Made by a program: the position numbers and the translations under genes. A stretch of DNA of 64,000 bases from Klebsormidium nitens (Eukaryota; Plantae; Klebsormidiophyceae), in the NCBI GenBank assembly GCA_000708835.1, contig DF236950.1:7508-71507 (forward strand). Reading direction: 5' to 3'. This document shows, piece after piece, positions 23,997 to 35,228 of the stretch. Under the pieces are notes generated by a model. The model had not been told where the DNA came from. It saw only the letters and a list, made by a program, of their open reading frames with translations, and ran no database searches. Numbering within the stretch: the stretch's first letter is position 1; the number at the start of each line of letters is the position of its first letter.

Positions 23997-26900
23997 GCCA
24001 AGCAGGATCCGAAGGAAATGGCGGGGCACGTACCGGTGGTGCCTCGCCATCGAGGACGCATTCGGACTCCGAGTTGCCCCGCAATCCAACGGCGCAATCC
24101 AAGGAGATGCCAATGGTGGAGATCACCAGCGATAACGGCAAGGTGTACTCCACCATTTGCGACGGCGATGAGGCGATCGTCTTCGAGCGGACGCTAAAAT
24201 CCAAGTTTCACGACGNNNNNNNNNNNNNNNNNNNNNNNNNNNNNNNNNNNNNNNNNNNNNNNNNNNNNNNNNNNNNNNNNNNNNNNNNNNNNNNNNNNNN
24301 NNNNNNNNNNNNNNNNNNNNNNNNNNNNNNNNNNNNNNNNNNNNNNNNNNNNNNNNNNNNNNNNNNNNNNNNNNNNNNNNNNNNNNNNNNNNNNNNNNNN
24401 NNNNNNNNNNNNNNNNNNNNNNNNNNNNNNNNNNNNNNNNNNNNNNNNNNNNNNNNNNNNNNNNNNNNNNNNNNNNNNNNNNNNNNNNNNNNNNNNNNNN
24501 NNNNNNNNNNNNNNNNNNNNNNNNNNNNNNNNNNNNNNNNNNNNNNNNNNNNNNNNNNNNNNNNNNNNNNNNNNNNNNNNNNNNNNNNNNNNNNNNNNNN
24601 NNNNNNNNNNNNNNNCAGCCATTCCCGGTTTGGCTGTACAACCATTTGTTGAAAACTTTCTCTCGGACATTGACACGTCACAGGAAATCTGAAAAACATT
24701 GTCGTCGACTACAGTTGTTTGTGATGATTGGATGAACACATTGAGATACCCAAAGTGATTGCATGCTTTTATTCTAGACTTGGGTATCATCGTAAAATTT
24801 ATTTGTTTACGGGTCCGATTGTTGGACGTTTGTTTTGATCCATCAAAAACACAACTCGTACATTAACCAGGCATATTTGTTTTTTTATACAGTCTAGTAA
24901 AAAGCGTGCAGCCGCTCGCTCGGATGGACAAAATAAGGAGGACTATGGCGAAGGGCCGGGTTCTAGCCGGGGCAAACACGAGGAGCAAGTACGCGGGTCT
25001 AGATATTGCAAAGAAGTTGGGGTTTCCCTTCGTACACAAGCTTTTCCTCGCGGAACAGCAGTTGCAGCCGACGTCGGAGGTCCCGATGGTGTTCATGATG
25101 ACCGTACAAGGCCGGGGGTCAGGCCTGCACGTCGCTAGAGAGATGAGCGTTCCGGGGAGCGACTTGTACTTTAGCACAGCTTATATAGACGCCCAAAAGG
25201 TCACCGCGGAAGACGAGGTGTTGACGCGGATAAGCACGTACTCCCACGTTCAGAGGAGGATGCTAACGATCGCTTCGGCGCTGATAGAGTCGGAGAGCAA
25301 GAAGAACATGGTTGCGTTCATGAAGGAGCTGAAAAAGATCTGCCTAACCGGCTGGCCTGCGGGAGGGCAAGATGGGGAGGGTTTCTGGGAGGCAATCGCG
25401 CCATTCGCGCTGGATTTTTGGAGGTTGTGCTCCGACGCTGCGGAGGGGCCTGCGGCAGCGTACAGGGCGGTGGTCTCTAGCGGGGAGGGTCGGGGGGCGC
25501 TCGTCCAATGCGAGATGCACTTTAAAAAGGACCTGAGGAATGCGGAGCACAACCTGCCGGAGGACTTGCGAGGTCACCACAGGTCCTTGGTGAGGATGTG
25601 GTTGGTGTCCGAGACGGACGAGCAGTGGAAGTCGAGGTTCCACGCTCTGCTGGACTGGTACGAAGCAAAGTTACAGAACAACAAAACGGCGAAAAGAAAA
25701 ATGTGCAACTGGGCGGCGTTCTGGAGATTCAAGTAAGAACGATTTAGACAGCGGCTTATTCCCATAGTATACTAAACGATCTGTGTTTGTTGTCAAGCAG
25801 TCATCGGGCTATTGTGTCAGACGAACGTTTGTTTATAGAGATGTTTCTGTGCTCTTGAAAGGTAGACAGAATGTTGTATGACCTGACTTGCAGGATCCGA
25901 CTGTTTGAATGAGCAAAAATACCCAAGAAAATTGTGCGTTTTTGATACGCTGAGGTTTTCAAGAGTCTCTGTCCAACACTGAATATTATGACTCCGAGCT
26001 GGCAGGATGCAAGGAGCGTCGCATGTTGAGTGCGATGCTTGTGATATGTTTGTCGTGTTGGGCGCTGACTTTGGTATTATTTTCGTAACTCAAACCTTCA
26101 GGTCCAAGGAGCTGAAGGCGTGGTCGATGCCTGAGAACGTGAAATTTTTGGAGGAGGAGTGGGTAGCAGTGAATCCGTCCGCTAATTTGGCCGAGATCGT
26201 GAACGCTATTTTCTGGTTCTTGGTGGGAGGGAAAGGGCCGTATCTACCAAGGGGGGAGGTGATTCTGAACGAGGGAACGGGCGGCGTGTTGCAAATCGCG
26301 CGAACAGTGGAATTTGAGGAGACGGGCTACACGGGGCAGGGCCCGACGCTAGAGGAATTGCGAGCGAGGGGTGAGGAGAGGAAAAAAAGCGTGGAAACGC
26401 AACGGGAGAACGCACGGCGGATGTCTGGAGCGGCCCTAGGAGATGTCGCGAGAGGGGCGGGTCTTGCGACCGGGACGGTTGGGGGTGGGGTGAGGAACGT
26501 GGTCTCAAAAACGGCGTGGGCGGCATCAAGTCCAGGATCCGCGGGGGTGGAAAGCACGCACAGACATGACCGGGTCTTAAAGGAAGTGGATAACAGAACG
26601 AGGGAGAAGGGAAAGGGGAAGCAATCTGGAGCAGAGGAGGGTGGAGAGGACGGAGGGGTCAAGGGCAGCAGGTATTACGAGGAGCTGGCGATTGGAATTT
26701 CGGAGGGGAAAAAACAGCTGGAGGATCTACCGCTGGAGGAGAAAGAGCGTGTAGTTGAACTGCAGAGGATGGCTGCTGCTGGAGCAGCCAAGGGGGCGGC
26801 GGGCGCGAGACCGCAACCAGCCGACACACCGGGCCCAAGTAATGCGAATACGCAGCAGACTGGGGAGCAGGCAAAAGAAGCAGCAGGCCCGAGTGCTCCT

Positions 26901-28534
26901 AGGAGGGAAGAAGAGCCACGAGTAGCGGAGGCAGCGGGGCCTAGACAAGGTGAATGGGAGGACGAGGACGAGGTGATGGGAGAGGGTGGAGAAAGAAGTA
27001 CTGAGGCGATAGGGGCGGCTGATGAGGCAGAAGAAGAGCTAATCCGGAGGAGAGCAGTAAAACGGCTGCAAGAGAAGAATTTGGGGAGAAAGGCGTCCTG
27101 GTCAGATGAGTTTGGAGCTGAGGGCTCGGAACGGGGGGGTGCGAAAGAAGGGGGTACGAAGACGGGGTCAGAGAGCGTGGCACTGCCTGGGGACGAGAAA
27201 TACGAGGAAGGAGAATGGGGGGTTTGTCGATTGAAGAAAGGTGATGGCTCAGGGTGCGTCGGGGTAAAAATCGGCGGGGGAAGATGCGAGACAACGAGCT
27301 TTGAAGCCCAGAGGTATCACGGAGCATCGGGGGTGTTGGTGTTGATGCGGTGAGTGCGTCGACTCAAGCTGTAGTACTGAGTTTCGGAAAGTCCTGCAGC
27401 GTACGTGGTACTCGACCGGTTGATTTGATCATATCGCTGTCATAGGGTCAGGATTAAAACATGTACTAGTCTCGAGCTTTCATTATTACTTGCAATTCGG
27501 TGTACTTGAATCTATCAGTGCCGAATCCTTGGCCACATGATTCTCGATAGCATCACATGCAGGATGCGATGCTTAAACGTATCAACTATTTTGTGCACAG
27601 CCAAGCGTTCCGCCACTTCGGCCTACAAAACAGGCAGGGAGAGTACGAGAACACGGGCATGAAATACATGTCTTACGCGAAGATGTGCATTGACGGCCCG
27701 TGCGACAGTCGCCAAGGAACCAACAAAAGTCTCGTGGACAAGACGACGCCGGAAAAGGGGAACGAGGTGGGGATTTTCGAGGGGACTCTCCTGAGTGACT
27801 CGGAGCTCGCATGGCTGCGACAAGCGGGGTGGAAAGTAAACCCGTTCTACATCATCAGCCTACAAAAGGTCCACTCGGAGCAAGTGACGTATAAGGGGCA
27901 GGTCAAGCAACGGGGAAAACCGCCCCGGAACGACGGGTTGAGCGACGTCGAGAACGAGTCGGAACGGCAGCGGCGGCAACGGGAGGAGGCTGCTGCGCGA
28001 CGAGCGGAGAGGGAATTGGAGAGAGAGAAGAAGGAGGTGGAGAAGGAGATGGGCAAACGGCCGAGCGAGCGTCCAGAGGGAAGGAAGGTGAAGAAAGTGG
28101 GAAGGGTGATCAGAGATATGGAAACGCGGCTGGAGCAGGCGCTGGAGATGGAAAGTACTGTGCACGTGGAGAAGTACGTGCAAAGGGAGTCGATTGAAGT
28201 TCTGGTCGAAGAAGCCTCAGCGCTGTTTTCGACGAGAATAGGAGGGAGGTACAGGGTTACGATAGACGCCGCCCCGAGGTGTGACGAGATTTGTCCGGAG
28301 TACGTGGAGATGAAGGAAAAGAAGTCGGGGAGCTGGGTCCACTGCAGACACGTGTACGCGGTGCTGCGGGTGGGACTGAGGCTGTTCGACTTCACTGACG
28401 GAGACGACACAGGGGTGCCGTTGATCCACCAGGCTACGTTTTCGGAAAAGGAGCTTAGATCGATTCTGTCACAGGGCCTAGACGTCAAAGCGATGGGGGG
28501 AGAATTAATGGAATACGCAACAGAAGAAGAGTAG
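23997..28534 (+). CDS. Mutator-family DDE transposase with C-terminal SWIM zinc finger (multi-exon; 5' part spans an assembly gap)
   Basis: Exon ~24910-25733: FSTAYIDAQK (D1), IASALIESESKKNMVAFMKELKK, FALDFW (D2) and QCEMHFKKDLR (CxxH). Exon ~26101-27350: NPSANLAEIVNAIF (catalytic E). Exon ~27601-28534: RCDEICPEY...VHCRHVYAV (SWIM). Start codon not resolved. Confidence 0.88.
24216..24615. other. Assembly gap (400 N)
   Basis: Run of N. Confidence 1.
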
Positions 28535-29192
28535 TGCTAATGATGCTACGACCGCAGCTGGTCCTAATACCAGCATTTGTTTTTGGCAGTCTGTACATAA
28601 ACTGAACGGTGTATATGCATGAACTAGTGATGTGCCACTTGCTTGTAAGCAGTTGAATTGAAGGGAAGTTTGAATGTTTTCGATAACGCTCACTGATATC
28701 AAATGATACATGTATGTGTATGTGTGTTGCTTGTCAGCCTTAGGTATGTCAGTAAACCCAATGGAACACGCAAATGGATGAACGGACTAAGAGTCTGTAG
28801 AATGTCAGAAGTTGGTTGTCCTGCCAGTTGTCCTAAAAAGGCTCGCGCGCAGGCGACAAACTTAGCTGCCACCCGGCCGCCGCGACCGACCTTAAGGTGG
28901 AGGTACTGCGCTCATATGCAATATAAGTGTGGGTGAAAGTAACAGTAGTAACCAATGTACACATTAGCTATCTTTTAATCACCAGGGATACTTTATAAGG
29001 TTTTTTTCGCGGCGGTTACGGGAAAATGCAGTCACCCATTACAGGCGCTAAAATATACGGAAGAATTTACCGTATGGTCATAAGCATCGCATGGTGGATG
29101 CGATGCTTGAACAGCAATGCTAAACAAAAAGTCCGACACCATATGTCAACGAATCAATGATGCAACCACGGACGTAAGTACAATCTAAAGGT

Positions 29193-29212
29193 CCTAACCC
29201 TAAAACCCTAAA
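29193..29212 (+). repeat. Short telomere-like/telo-box tract CCTAACCCTAAAACCCTAAA
   Basis: Seen directly, ~175 bp inside the right end of the MULE. Confidence 0.5.
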
Positions 29213-29342
29213 TACATATTATGGACTTCAGCCGTATTCACCCGGCGATACATTTCGAATTTTCAGAAAGCTGCTGACGTCACTTTCGCGGCGACCACTG
29301 TCCGCTCGCGCCGGCCACACGTACGCTCACGGGCCCACGGTC

Positions 29343-29387
29343 GCGCTCATACGCTCATGACATAAAGCTCATACATAACATAGACTC
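29343..29387 (-). repeat. Right terminal inverted repeat (45 bp, degenerate)
   Basis: GCGCTCATACGCTCATGACATAAAGCTCATACATAACATAGACTC, the reverse-complement match to 12746-12790. Confidence 0.8.
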
Positions 29388-29396
29388 TTGTTCAAC
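29388..29396 (+). repeat. Right 9-bp target site duplication TTGTTCAAC
   Basis: Identical to 12737-12745. Confidence 0.9.
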
Positions 29397-29738
29397 CCCC
29401 GAGTTGGACACTTGAGTCTTGAGATGTAGATCGGCGTGGAAATGGTCAAGAGGACCTCGTATGTCACCAGCTTATGGCAAGAGATCCAGACCTTGCGCTC
29501 GAGTGTTCCCCCTACCAGGGGAAGTTGGGTTGGAATGGAAGATCGCGCCAACTCCGAGATTCCGGCCTACCGCACTTAAAGTGCCCGGTTCACTCTCGAG
29601 ATTCATAGCTATTAATGAAACCGGTCCCGTCATATAGTTCACCATCCCTTCTAAACCGTACGAATATTGTAATTTATGGAGCGAGCGGACAATAGGACAG
29701 GATGGAAATGAGGATCTCGTGTCCTTGTCCCCTCTCAT
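29388..29738 (-). pseudogene. Upstream part of the gene interrupted by the MULE
   Basis: The frame of ORF 29472-29738 continues past one TAA as AGDIRGPLDHFHADLHLKTQVSNSGVEQ. After removing the element and one TSD it continues as ERSSHLVSAITKVTASATVQSVYRPP in the left flank. Confidence 0.5.
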
Positions 29739-30376
29739 ACTTGACCAGACTGTGACCTAGAACTGTATCAATATTGTGATTTGTAGAGCGAATCGACAGG
29801 AGGACAGGACAGAGAGGATATTGTGCTTTCCTTGCCATTCAGAATCTATGTGAGACAAGGATACATGGGGCGCACCTTAGATACATACATGTTGGCAAGC
29901 TCGGACGAAATCCGAAAGAGTTTTACTATGATTTGTTATGATTTCTTTTTTTTCTGGGGAAGGAATTATAACAACAGAAACGATTAAATATAGAGTTCCC
30001 TTTGCGATCCATTCGCCAATATATGTATGTCAGGCCATACCCCAAAAAATGCAATTTTGTAAATCTAATTTTGATTGTTTGGAGAAGAAAATATAACAAG
30101 ATTGGCAGTATGGAATTTTCTCCCTCGGATCCAATTGCTAATATGTATGTATGTAAGCCTGTGTACAGATGTAAGGCCATACCGGGAAACACACAACGTT
30201 GTTATGCACTCTTCGGAGAAAAAGGATTTTCCCTCCAAGTAAGGTAGTAATACTTCTTTGGTATCCAAGTGCCTGGGTTATCAAGTGGTCACTTGGGTCC
30301 GTACCGGCTCCGAGAGAGCCTTTCGACCCCTGGTACGACCCTCCCGGACAACATCACACCTTTGGGCTCTGGGGGT

Positions 30377-30436
30377 TATGACGTGGCGGCCTGTGAGTGG
30401 CCCAAATTTAACACCGAACTTTATTTGGCTTGCTGC
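30377..30436 (+). repeat. Second copy of the block at 8404-8467
   Basis: Direct sequence match, as described for 8404-8467. Confidence 0.75.
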
Positions 30437-31743
30437 CGCTTCAACCATGGCGCTGCGCCGCAACGGTCGGTTCCGCTGCCAAGAACTCCTAGAGTGTGCT
30501 TCCTGCCACCTTCCTGCACATGGCCGTCAATCAGATCTGCCAGTGCAATCCAAACTCAGGAAGCTGCTATTCACCAAAAGGAACAGTACTACAACGGGTA
30601 TTAGCACTGGCAGCGCTGCTTAGCAACTTGCAAGGGCCATGACGCCACTCAAGCTGATCAAAAGGTGGCTGCCTGGCCGCCAGCTCTACAAACTCAGGGA
30701 AGCATTGTTTCCTCTTTCTCACTACCTACTGCTGACCTGACTGGCTCAGAGATGCTGTGAACTTGCACTTGAGAGGGCCTAAACCTCACTGTCGGCACCC
30801 AGGTTCTTGCTATCTACCAGAATACAATTGCGAGAATTCTGACTGGCAAAAGTGCGGGGCTCTCAAACCAAATGCAAAATGAGCTTTTGCCTTCTATAAG
30901 AGAAAACGGTATGCATCCAGTCATTGCCTGATTGCAATGCCTGATCGCAGCTCTGCTTTGTGGCATCTCAGGCTGCGATAACTTGCAATGCACTGGAAAT
31001 GCTGATGCCTAGCAAGCCTACCACTCAAAGTTGTGCCCACACTAACCTCAAGACAAATCAACGGAACGCTGATGTTGGTGCACGCATTGGCTAAGCGCTA
31101 CCGTTTTGGATATGGCCAGTCTTGCGTGTCTCCTCCATTTAGCATACACGTTGGTTGAGAAAAGAAGTGCCAGGCATTGCTGCAATTCTTTCCGAATGAG
31201 GGTCTTCTTCATGCTCTGACCAATTGCCAACTTTGAAAGCGCTATTATTCTTGACCACCTTGGGTTTGCTCGAGGCTCTCATGCCAGGTCACGCCCAAGC
31301 AGCAAATCAGAGTTGCTCGCTATATCGTGGTACCTTTTTCTCCTCTACCGGAGGAGTTTTTTAATGGCCTACTAACCAACATCTCTTGACCCCTACACAG
31401 GCATGCACTGACATGGGCACAACCATGCCCTCTGGAGACCACGACGAAGGCTGCGGCAACTGCAGGCAACGCATGGGCTTCTGATATTGCCAAGTTGGAA
31501 GATGCCACCAAGCTACGCCAAGCAATAGCACAATCCAGCGCCCACAAATTAATAATATGTCTAGCAGTCAAACCCAAAGTCCAGCTCTTCGTCGTGTTAG
31601 TCTCCAGAGTCAGTTGCACGCCAGTTACAATAATGCAAACACATTGGGATGAGTATGGCATGTATCATTAGTTTCAACTTTTTGCTTGTTGCATTTGTAG
31701 CTTTAGTATAGGAGTCTAGGAGATTGGACATGACTTGCAGCCG

Positions 31744-32903
31744 TAGCAAGCTGCAGAGTCAACTCATTGTACCGTCCCGGTCTCACCGGCAGACTTTGCC
31801 CGATGGCTCTATGTGGCTCAGGGCGTTAATAAACCGTAAGTTACCATCCTCGACTCGGCAGTCCGCCGATACATTCTACCGTACATGCTGCCCACGACCG
31901 TAAGTCGCTTCTTGCACTTCTATGAACCAGGAGTCATCGTTTCTAACGTGTTCCCCATGATTCTGCATTACAGGCATGAGCAATAAGCCCAAGCCCAAGC
32001 CCAAGCCTTTGGCAAAACTCCATACCATGGAGCAGAGGAGTCTGTTAAGCAATTATCCAGAAGGACTGACTCTTATTCGGTATGAAGCTTTGTCCATCTA
32101 AGTTTCTTGCCAACTGCAGCGCATCCTATTCTGGAACGGCCTCCCTCGATCGTCCTTTATTGCATGGTGCTAAAACGCGGGCCAGCATTCTGCCGTTCAT
32201 TGTTGCATTGTTGAGCACCAGTGACAGCTGTCAGCAAATGACTTTCTATCCGTTGTACTACTTGGTGCACTGGATTCCGAGGTATGTGATAAGGTGCCCC
32301 GCCGGTTCCTTTTTCCCCTCATTGAAAAGATCCCCTAAGCTATGAAGTACGGGGCAGGGGTTTTTAAATGGCCGGCCGGCGTGTTGCGTGTCACTACCTA
32401 GATCAAATCTCAGCAGAGTTCCGCAAGCCTCTACTGAGGACTCGCCTATGCGAGCTTCTTCCTATCCGCTCGGCCACCACGATCTCTAGACTACTGTCCA
32501 CGTACGCCCATGGGTCTCGAATAAGTAGATGCCAAAGTCTAGTACGTCAGAGGTAGTTGGTACAGAGAACATGCAGCTGGTAGAGGCGTAGTCGAAGCTG
32601 AGCTAGAGACATGAGATAGCACTGAGGCACAAGGGACTAACACTCATACATGTATGCCATGAGGAGCCTCTGGCCTATAGGCTACGGCGAGTATATGAAA
32701 GTGACCATCGTTCAATGGCGGGGCCCGCCAGCCTTCATGTCTTTAGCTTATAGTATCGTATAACTAGTAAGATTTGCTAATATAGCAAGCTTCAGAGATG
32801 GTCAACTCATTGCATGTATTCCAGTCTCACCGGAGTGTTGTTCGATGGCTCAGCTGGCATGGCTCAGGGTTTATATGAGCTCAAGTGACCATGAATCGAA
32901 CTC
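31744..32903 (+). repeat. Pair of diverged ~115-bp direct repeats (31744-31856 and 32783-32903)
   Basis: Shared TAGCAAGCT.CAGAG...TCAACTCATTG...GTCTCACCGG...CGATGGCTC...TGGCTCAGGG...AAGT.ACCAT. Confidence 0.65.
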
Positions 32904-35228
32904 CTTGATGGAGTCGCGAGGTGCATGCCGGGATGCAATTTTGTAAGTCATGCCGCAGTGCATGCCAGCCACGCTGCAATGAAGCGACCGTAAATTATAG
33001 CACAACAAAGTGCATAACCATTAATGATTTTGTTATAATGGTTATACACGTGCTTGGTTGATCCATCTGCCAGTCTCACGCATCAACAGAATCGACTGAC
33101 CTCAGAGACCTTCAATACCAGTTTCGATCGAGTCTTAACATGAGTAAAACACCACTTCCTCGATGCTGAACTAAAGCATCTTATTCTGTGGCGTCTAAAT
33201 GGTGGATCAGCTTTGAAGTCCTCACCGTGTAAAGGTACTCTTCTAAAGTTGCAAGTTTCGGCTCCCTCCGTTCCTGGTGCCCAACAGTTGCTGTCTCGGC
33301 TTTTCAAGGCCCAGCTTGACGATATAAGTCTTTGCATCTTGTGAGCTCAATGAGTATACCCGTCATCTGTTCCAACATCGTTCAACGGCACTCTCCTCCC
33401 CCACGTTTCCCCATAGTATCTCCCCGGCGTGGGCGGCAGCTCAGCCTTCTGCACAAGGCACGTGACAGCGACAAAATGGTAAGCTAGAAGTTTATCTTCA
33501 ACCACGGTGGAAAAGCCTTCATATTGTCATCCGCCTATACTAATAGGACAAGACCATAAACCAACATGGGGCATCTGCTGGCAGTCTCCCGACAAGGCTC
33601 CTCAAACATTCTCACAAGCCTGCAACTTGGGGCCTGCCGAGTACTTTTGACGCACCTCCGCTTCAATCGCTGCCATCTCCTTGGGGTCGAATTGGACAAT
33701 ACTCCTCGTTCGAGGCTGCCGTCGGCTGTCGCGCTCTGCCGTCAGAAATGCATTCAGATTACTCTGCTCGCAGCAAGAGAAGCGCTTCTACAGATTGCCT
33801 AAAAAGAATCAATTGTGAGCTCAATCTTCTGCAATCAGGGCTTTTCAACTGAATGCTTATTGCATGAAAATGATCAAAGGTTGCCAAGGAAAGTCTTCAA
33901 CGCGTGAGTCAAGGCACTGCCACAAGATTTAGCTCTTCCTCTGCGCTCAGAATGTTGAGCTCACCGTAGTATTTGATATTGTACACGTGGTCAGGTTCTG
34001 AATGAGGGATGTAAACTCTCTTCGGAGCAGTCCTGGATGAATGAAGGATCCCTCTTCAGTGTGAGTCACCCTATGCCTTTTTGGGACAGACCATTCAGGT
34101 TGGGTCATTTCCAATCAGTCTCAATCGGCAACATCTCATTCACACTTTCGCAGCCCCAGTCTGGTGATTACAATCTCAATCAAAGCCAGCAGAAATGAGT
34201 CACAAATGAGTCACTGACTGTTTCAAACAAGACAAAAGTGGGCTTAACAAGTCCTACCCTAGTCGTACCCTTTCAATATGCTGTATGCTGATTGGTGAAA
34301 GAATTGGATTACAAACAACAGATGCTTCTGATGCCAATGGTGGACATACCAATAATGCTGAAGATGCTTATTCAAATGCACTTCGTCGTCTACTCTAGAC
34401 TTCAAGATCAGATGGCTCCAGAAAGGTCCCTAAAAGACCATCAAAAGTTTGCTTTGCAACAAACCTCCTGCGGAAAAAGCGTTTTTACAAGCCACCACCC
34501 AGATCCCTGAAGTTCACGAGTACACAATGCTCACCCAGGTCCCCACTTCCTGTACTCGCCAGCATCTGGAACTGACTCCAAGTATTCCTGACCCGCTGCT
34601 GGTCCTGTTATCTTCCAGGGAGGTTTGATCCGCAAAGACTTGGTGAGGTTGGATAGGAAACTGGTGGCTTTCTGCGCAGCCATGGCGCGTCTTGCTGACT
34701 CGGTTTGCCAGACACCACTTTCCGAGTGCTGTTTCAGCCTTCAACTTCTGAATCTCAGGCTTCACGAATTACAGTTCACTGCTTCTTGCCAGAAAACCTG
34801 CGTGCATGTCAGTTTTATCAAAAGCTGTTGACAGTGATGTTCATACGACCCCCTGGCAGGGGATCATAACCCCGTATTCAGAGAGGATTCCAATCATATA
34901 ACCACCGGGGTATCCATTGAGCAGATCGTTGTGACGATATAGCCTATACGGGGAGTACCGTTTGTTAATTGCAGAAGTTAATTCATCCAAAAGTGCATCG
35001 TCTCTTGTAAACTAGGCATCGAACCTATGCTTCAAGTACTCGGTTATGGCCATATAGGGAGGTACTTCCGAGCTTTTTCAAGGGGCACATTGACAAACAG
35101 TGAACACCAAGTACGTCTGGTGACCTTGAAACTTTGGTCGAAGGAGGTTTCTCTGCTGAGCAGCAGCTGCCTTGCAACGCCAATGGTGAGATTTTGAATC
35201 CTGATGGCCTGAAGGTTGAGATCGAGCT

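Larger units (their letters stand above)
15399..29107. repeat. 26 dispersed copies of a 25-bp palindrome AGYRTCRCA-N7-TGCGAYRCT in non-coding DNA of the MULE
   Basis: Starts at 15399, 15503, 15618, 15783, 17265, 17364, 17556, 18743, 18910, 19025, 19085, 19144, 20345, 20596, 20748, 20844, 20951, 22253, 22314, 22380, 22442, 23171, 23272, 26015, 27549 and 29083. All have 9-bp arms and an exact 7-bp spacer. Confidence 0.9.
12746..29387. mobile_element. Complete ~16.6-kb Mutator-like (MULE) DNA transposon with cargo genes
   Basis: Perfect 9-bp TSD (typical Mutator length), termini GAG...CTC, degenerate 45-bp TIRs, and an internal MULE transposase with DDE, CxxH and SWIM motifs. Confidence 0.92.

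Noticed and set aside
23897-24790. ORFs spanning poly-X
   Set aside because: Artefacts of the 400-N assembly gap.
15399-29107. Palindromic repeats as a CRISPR array or an integron/shufflon recombination array
   Set aside because: Spacing is irregular (60 bp to kilobases), the sites sit within spliceosomal introns, there are no cas genes, I found no tyrosine-recombinase R-H-R-Y motif in any ORF, and spacers are too variable for efficient site-by-site recombination.
33000-34900. Protein-like minus-strand fragments
   Set aside because: Interrupted by stops with no recognisable motif; possibly a decayed gene, but it cannot be supported.
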